A stretch of DNA of 64,000 nucleotides from sequence record OR983333.1. One strand, written 5' to 3'. This DNA is from Escherichia phage 1-6af. Each line of letters opens with the position of its first letter. Position 1 is the stretch's first letter. Below the pieces are notes generated by a model that was not told the DNA's origin, ran no database searches, and saw only the letters and a program-made list of their open reading frames with translations. The translations under genes and the position numbers were made by a program. This document shows positions 59,176-64,000 of the stretch, in pieces.

Positions 59176-59667
59176 TCACTTACTAGCCTTAATGCAGTTG
59201 GCTAAATTAACGTGAACAGTATAAACAGCGTTGTCAGCGTTATTGTAAACAGTTGTGGCGATCATCGACTCATTAACCGGACCATAACTCACAAGATTAG
59301 TAACGGCTTTAACGTCTTCATAACGTTGTACAGTGCCAAATGTCACCATATCCATATCGTTATCGGTACGCTTAAGCACCAAATCACTGTTAGGCTGATT
59401 ATCTAGCGTTTTAGATTGAAAGAGAACGCCATCATTAGTAACGTTGCTAAATTTCATCTTTAACACGATGGAAGTGCCATCACTATCAGCACCGTTACAA
59501 ATCATCCAACCCTTATTGATGGAACTAGAGAAGACACTAGCCGCATCAGTTGCAGGAGTAGGACTAGCGATAGCCTTATCAGAAAGAGATGTGACCAGTG
59601 CACTAACACCAATCGCTGCAACTAGTGCATAACTTGCCAGATTAACTACCTGCATTGCTTTAGCCAT
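59176..59667 (-). CDS. secreted protein with signal peptide (first gene of leftward block)
   Basis: Signal peptide with AIAS cleavage-like site; GGAG RBS. Confidence 0.45.
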   Translation of the reverse strand: MAKAMQVVNLASYALVAAIGVSALVTSLSDKAIASPTPATDAASVFSSSINKGWMICNGADSDGTSIVLKMKFSNVTNDGVLFQSKTLDNQPNSDLVLKRTDNDMDMVTFGTVQRYEDVKAVTNLVSYGPVNESMIATTVYNNADNAVYTVHVNLANCIKASK

Positions 59668-59860
59668 TTCGTTACTCCTTAGATAGATTCAGTCAACTGT
59701 CATCAACTATATATTAAAGGAAAAGACTGTCAACCATCTATTTTCTAACTTTCTTGCATCCTACTGAAAACTAAAGGAATTTAATTTACTAAACTTTCCA
59801 TACTCAGAGAATCAGCTTACTTCTTATTGTTACTTTATAACACTACGGGTAACAGACCAA

Positions 59861-60330
59861 CAGACCAGGACAAACGGGGATACAACAACCGCAGGACAGA
59901 CCACGGGGAAACATGCAAGATAGTGCGGTAATAATATACCACTTAAATAATTGTATAACTCAAACATCAAAGACCATTCGCTACGCTCATGTACGCTGAA
60001 AAAAGAAAGTAATAAAAGAATATAATAACTGTTAATTACTATCTTTCCACTTAATTAATACATACATCATTATTGCACTCATAATCATTACTATTGAAAC
60101 TATTTACACTCAAACTATGGGGGGAATGCGACGCTAACGCTGCCATTGGAACGGTAACAATACGGTATTATTAGACCTGTTATGATTGTGCCTGTACTAG
60201 TTTATACAGTGCTAGCCTTTCTCTCACTCTTTAAAGGGGTACTAAATAAACGGGTAGGTAATGTATTGGGTAGTATACACGGGGGAATAATTACGGGGAG
60301 TAGGCACGGGGAAAGGTGGAACATGTAAAG
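59861..60330. repeat. CACGGGGA(A) and CAGACCA repeat cluster flanking an AT-rich core
   Basis: ACGGGGA at 59874, 59903, 60279, 60293, 60306; CAGACCA three times at 59853-59901; 300-bp AT-rich core between; divergent gene orientation on both sides. Confidence 0.5.
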
Positions 60331-60453
60331 GGAAGGTAAAGGCATTGCCAATAACCCTTTTTTAAATGAGGACTCCCCCTTTTTAGGAAACGCGCGGGAA
60401 GCGGCTAGCCCCACTCGGTCAAATCAGAATTTTAAACTCTTATATATAAGAAT

Positions 60454-60660
60454 ATGCCCCAACTTTATGTTGTGGATTTAAGCTTAAGAGAGGACTTAAT
60501 GAATCTAATTAAAGTATTTAGACGGATGAAGTGTAAGCACAATTACTATCTTCTTCGTAAAGCTTACGGGGATGAAAGAATACATGGTTTGTATCTATCA
60601 ACATGGAAGTGTAAGGAATGTGGTAAGTTGAGATTCAGTACGTGGGTGGATAAGCCTTAA
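60454..60660 (+). CDS. small zinc-ribbon protein
   Basis: CKHN ... CKECG Cys pairs; first rightward gene. Confidence 0.4.
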   Translation: MPQLYVVDLSLREDLMNLIKVFRRMKCKHNYYLLRKAYGDERIHGLYLSTWKCKECGKLRFSTWVDKP

Positions 60661-60874
60661 CGTGACATGGCCTTTATGGGGGTGCCTTAACATGAAGTCC
60701 CCTTTATGTCTTAACTTTATCAGAGGGATTTATGACTGAAGATGAATATGGTAGCTTCTCTGAAGAAGACTACGAAAATGAATACAGGTATGCTCGCGGG
60801 TGTCAATGTGAGGGTGCCTTTACGGGTAGGTCTTATGATGTGCCCTTTATACTCTTATTCAGAGGAGAAGAATT

Positions 60875-61141
60875 ATGAATTTAGTATTAGACTTTTTATC
60901 AGAGTTGATTCCACGGTTCAGAACGGAGAAATGTGCCTTCATTAAAGAATCCTCTGATAAGTATGGAGATGGTGAGATGATGGAACTCACTTGCATTGGT
61001 CGTCTGGTTGACTTAGGTGATGAAACAGATTTCGATGTTACGATGGATGTTAGCAGTTTAGGTTGGTTATTCTTCAGAGCATTCGTATCGTACAAATATG
61101 AAACATTTAAAGATTACAGCAAGGGAGGGACAGATGAATAA
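60875..61141 (+). CDS. hypothetical protein
   Basis: 88-aa ORF with AGGAGAAGAA RBS. Confidence 0.35.
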   Translation: MNLVLDFLSELIPRFRTEKCAFIKESSDKYGDGEMMELTCIGRLVDLGDETDFDVTMDVSSLGWLFFRAFVSYKYETFKDYSKGGTDE

Positions 61142-61766
61142 TAAAATAATCGCAGTTAATATGGAAGGTGTTTATGGAGGTAGCTTCCCTTCTGGTTCTC
61201 CTTTCCACACTAAAGCGATGGACCTTAACGAGTATAATTCACAGCTGTGTCGCTCTGGCTGTAGCTTACAACGTTTAGAAACTATGGGAAATGTTTCAGG
61301 ATTGGCTGTACAAGATTTATATAGTGGAAGTATTCTTAAACCAAATATTACGGAGAACAAAAACATGTTAGATTTGATTCATACTACTCGCCCTAACTCT
61401 AAAACTAAATCAGCACCATCTACTCTGGAAGTAGTTGAGTATGAGTCTACTAAACATGATCACCTCCCTGACTATGCTCGTGCAATGATTGAGATGATTG
61501 AAGAAGCTGAATATGAAATGCTCCATGATTACATTACCTCCAAAGATGAATGGCATCGTGATGTTCGAATCGAAGAAGATGGTACAGAAATAATTACGTG
61601 GATTCATAAGAGTGAGCTAGTAGACGACGCACTGCGAGACTACGAAAAATTTTTGGTCGACGGCTCTATTCTTTTAGAGGAAGAGAAGGGTGTAGAACTT
61701 CCGTGGGAAGGTGAGACGATTGCTCTAGGTAAGATGTTTAACCTGTCCGTTGGTGATTGTAAGTAA
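61134..61766 (+). CDS. hypothetical protein
   Basis: ATG 61134 preceded by AAGGGAGGGA; ORF-track start 61098 lacks an RBS. Confidence 0.4.
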   Translation: MNNKIIAVNMEGVYGGSFPSGSPFHTKAMDLNEYNSQLCRSGCSLQRLETMGNVSGLAVQDLYSGSILKPNITENKNMLDLIHTTRPNSKTKSAPSTLEVVEYESTKHDHLPDYARAMIEMIEEAEYEMLHDYITSKDEWHRDVRIEEDGTEIITWIHKSELVDDALRDYEKFLVDGSILLEEEKGVELPWEGETIALGKMFNLSVGDCK

Positions 61767-61822
61767 TATTTGCCTCCATTGGGAGGCTTTTTGTGTTGTT
61801 GATAATGTAGAAGGAGTATAAA

Positions 61823-62296
61823 ATGTTTGGAGAAAACGGAGAACTCACGCCTGCACAGGTAGCTGAGATTACAGGAAGATTACCCGGAGTAACGGAAGAA
61901 CTTGAAGGCCGTGGTATGAACCCAAGCAATGGGAAGTTTCAAAAGGGAAATAAATTCGGACGACCCAGAGGTAGTAGAGGTAAACTGACACAATTAATGT
62001 TGGACCGTGTTGCTGCAAGTCATTTGTCTCCTGATGAAGTGTTAATTCAAATTTACGAAGATCCTAATATTCCACCTGATCTTAGATTCAAGGCTGCATC
62101 AAAAGTTGCAGATCTGGTATATCCTAAGGCGGCCTCTGTTGAAGTTAAGATTGAGGAAGAGAATGTAATCAACGAAGAATCATTGAATGCACAAATCAAG
62201 GACTTCTTGACTGGAGCACTTGGTATCGACGTTATGCCTCCAGAAGAAGACAACTCTGAGGACGCTGAAAAGGGGGAGGAAGCGGACGAGAGTTAA
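61823..62296 (+). CDS. putative terminase small subunit
   Basis: 157-aa ORF immediately upstream of terL with basic N-terminal region and acidic C-terminus; assignment by position only. Confidence 0.3.
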   Translation: MFGENGELTPAQVAEITGRLPGVTEELEGRGMNPSNGKFQKGNKFGRPRGSRGKLTQLMLDRVAASHLSPDEVLIQIYEDPNIPPDLRFKAASKVADLVYPKAASVEVKIEEENVINEESLNAQIKDFLTGALGIDVMPPEEDNSEDAEKGEEADES

Positions 62297-62457
62297 GTAA
62301 AGGAAACAGGGAGCTGTCGAAGAACATCTGATTAGCAATCTGAGGATTGTTATAGTTTTATTGCCACGATGTTCTTTTACAGTGTACCCTTGTAGTGGAG
62401 AGGGGAGGTTCTTTGACGAAGGGACTTTCCCTTTTCTATTTTTAAACTGGAGGAAGT

Positions 62458-63999
62458 ATGTCATTAGATAAACAAATTTATGAAGCTCTAACTGGTAACA
62501 ACCTTAGTGTAGACGAAAAGAAAGCACTATTGAATATGTTGAAAGAGCGTGACCAATGGAGGAAGTATAATAGGATTTTGTCTTTCAAGGCGTACGACTT
62601 CCAAAAGAAATTTTATGCAGCAGGATTGAAGCATCGCTTTAGATTCTTGTGTGCAGCGAACCGTGTTGGTAAATCTTACAGCGAGGCATATGAGTTTGCT
62701 TGTCATGTCACAGGTCGCTACCCAACTTGGTGGACAGGATATAAATTTAAAAGACCTATCTTAGCATGGGCAGTTGGTATTACAGGGGATTCCACAAGGA
62801 AAGTATTGCAAAAGGAATTGTTTGGTACACCTATCGGAAAGGATACAAACTTATTGGGGACAGGTGTCATTCCTCGTGATGCTATCGTCATTGACACGAT
62901 AGAACGAGATGGTAACAAACTTCAAATCGTACAAATTAAACATCAAAATGAGAGAGGAGAATTTGACGGTTTAAGTACATTAGAATTCCGTTCAACCCAA
63001 CAGGGTGAACACACATTGATGGGTGCGACAGTTGACTACATTTGGTTAGACGAAGAAGATCCATACGAGTCTATGGCTATATTCGCACAGTGCGTCACAC
63101 GTACACTCACAACTAAAGGTCTAGTTACAATTACAGCTACACCAGAGAACGGTTTAACGGAACTGGTAGATAAATTTATGAAAGGTGAAGGGGATGAGAA
63201 CACAGGTTCTCTATATTTCCAGAATGCTTCTTGGTGGGATGCTCATGTAGACCTAGGTGGACATATCACTGACCAAGATATAAAAGATATGACTGAAGGT
63301 ATTCCAGCGTGGCAATTAGAAATGCGTTCGAAAGGTATGCCATTGTTAGGAAGTGGTTTGATATATGATGTATCGGATGACACAATTAAATGTGAGCCAT
63401 TCGAAATTCCCGATACGTGGAAACGTGTCTGTGCAATTGATATTGGTATTGATCACCCAACTGCTGCTGTTTGGACAGCTTACGACGCAAACACGGATAC
63501 TATCTATGTTTACGACTCATATAAAGAAGGTGGCTTTACTCCAGTGTATCATGCTCCAGCTATTAATGGTCGTGGTCAGTGGATTCCTGTCATCCTACCG
63601 CACGATGCGGACAATATTGAGAAAGGTAGTGGCTCATCTGTTGCTCAATTCTATAAGAATGCAGGGGTTAACGTACAGAGTGAGACCTTCTACAACAAAA
63701 TTGGAATGGATGGTAAAAAGAACTTCTTTGTAGAACCGGGAATCACAGATATCCGAGAAAGAATGATGAGTGGACGCTTTAAAATCTTTAACACAGCCGC
63801 TAACGCTAAGCTATTCGAAGAGAAAGCTAGATATCACCGTAAGGTTGGTAAGATTATTAAAGAATATGATGACTTAATGGATGCAATGCGCTATTCAGCG
63901 TGCTCTGTTACACATCGTGGTCGCTCTAAACATGATGTTAGCTACGGAAGTGCTTCTCTGTATGAGGCAAACGTAAGCAGATGGAATCAGAGTTACTAA
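62458..63999 (+). CDS. terL: terminase large subunit
   Basis: Walker A AANRVGKSY, Walker B YIWLDEED, C-terminal RNase-H-like nuclease segment AIDIGIDHPTAA. Confidence 0.8.
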   Translation: MSLDKQIYEALTGNNLSVDEKKALLNMLKERDQWRKYNRILSFKAYDFQKKFYAAGLKHRFRFLCAANRVGKSYSEAYEFACHVTGRYPTWWTGYKFKRPILAWAVGITGDSTRKVLQKELFGTPIGKDTNLLGTGVIPRDAIVIDTIERDGNKLQIVQIKHQNERGEFDGLSTLEFRSTQQGEHTLMGATVDYIWLDEEDPYESMAIFAQCVTRTLTTKGLVTITATPENGLTELVDKFMKGEGDENTGSLYFQNASWWDAHVDLGGHITDQDIKDMTEGIPAWQLEMRSKGMPLLGSGLIYDVSDDTIKCEPFEIPDTWKRVCAIDIGIDHPTAAVWTAYDANTDTIYVYDSYKEGGFTPVYHAPAINGRGQWIPVILPHDADNIEKGSGSSVAQFYKNAGVNVQSETFYNKIGMDGKKNFFVEPGITDIRERMMSGRFKIFNTAANAKLFEEKARYHRKVGKIIKEYDDLMDAMRYSACSVTHRGRSKHDVSYGSASLYEANVSRWNQSY

Positions 64000-64000
64000 A

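Noticed and set aside
60202-60414. ORF 60202..60414 (-) as a gene
   Set aside because: It lies inside the repeat-rich divergent control region, has no RBS and unusual composition; likely non-coding.

Overview
Gene-dense segment of a virulent tailed phage (Caudoviricetes) infecting a Gram-negative host; no integrase or repressor is visible. All calls are from reading motifs by eye, with no searches run. Layout: 1-12.6 kb is a rightward virion/tail-ejection module ending at a terminator; 12.9-59.7 kb is a long leftward early/middle block (ECF-like sigma factor, macro-domain and SLOG proteins, flap endonuclease, dNMP kinase-like, SSB, family-A DNA polymerase interrupted by a putative group I intron carrying an HNH gene, a separate 3'-5' exonuclease gene, T7 gp4-like primase-helicase, PhoH, ThyX, thioredoxin-like, Dps-like, dCTP deaminase, a Pol-beta-type nucleotidyltransferase, at least 7 HNH endonucleases, overlapping spanins, many small paralogous ORFs); 60.4-64 kb is rightward again and ends with the terminase large subunit. 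The best candidate for an undescribed system is the 35.8-45.5 kb operon encoding a RimK-like ATP-grasp ligase, a GGCT-like protein, a class-II glutamine amidotransferase and two GS-like amidoligases: a predicted amide-bond ligation system with unknown target. Its amidotransferase has no canonical start codon in front of the catalytic Cys. Other points of interest: a 1.8-kb ORF-free repeat-rich region (56.3-58.1 kb), conserved structured intergenic modules with covarying stems, a 20-bp perfect inverted repeat, tRNA-like elements, and a family of about 8 small paralogous proteins.
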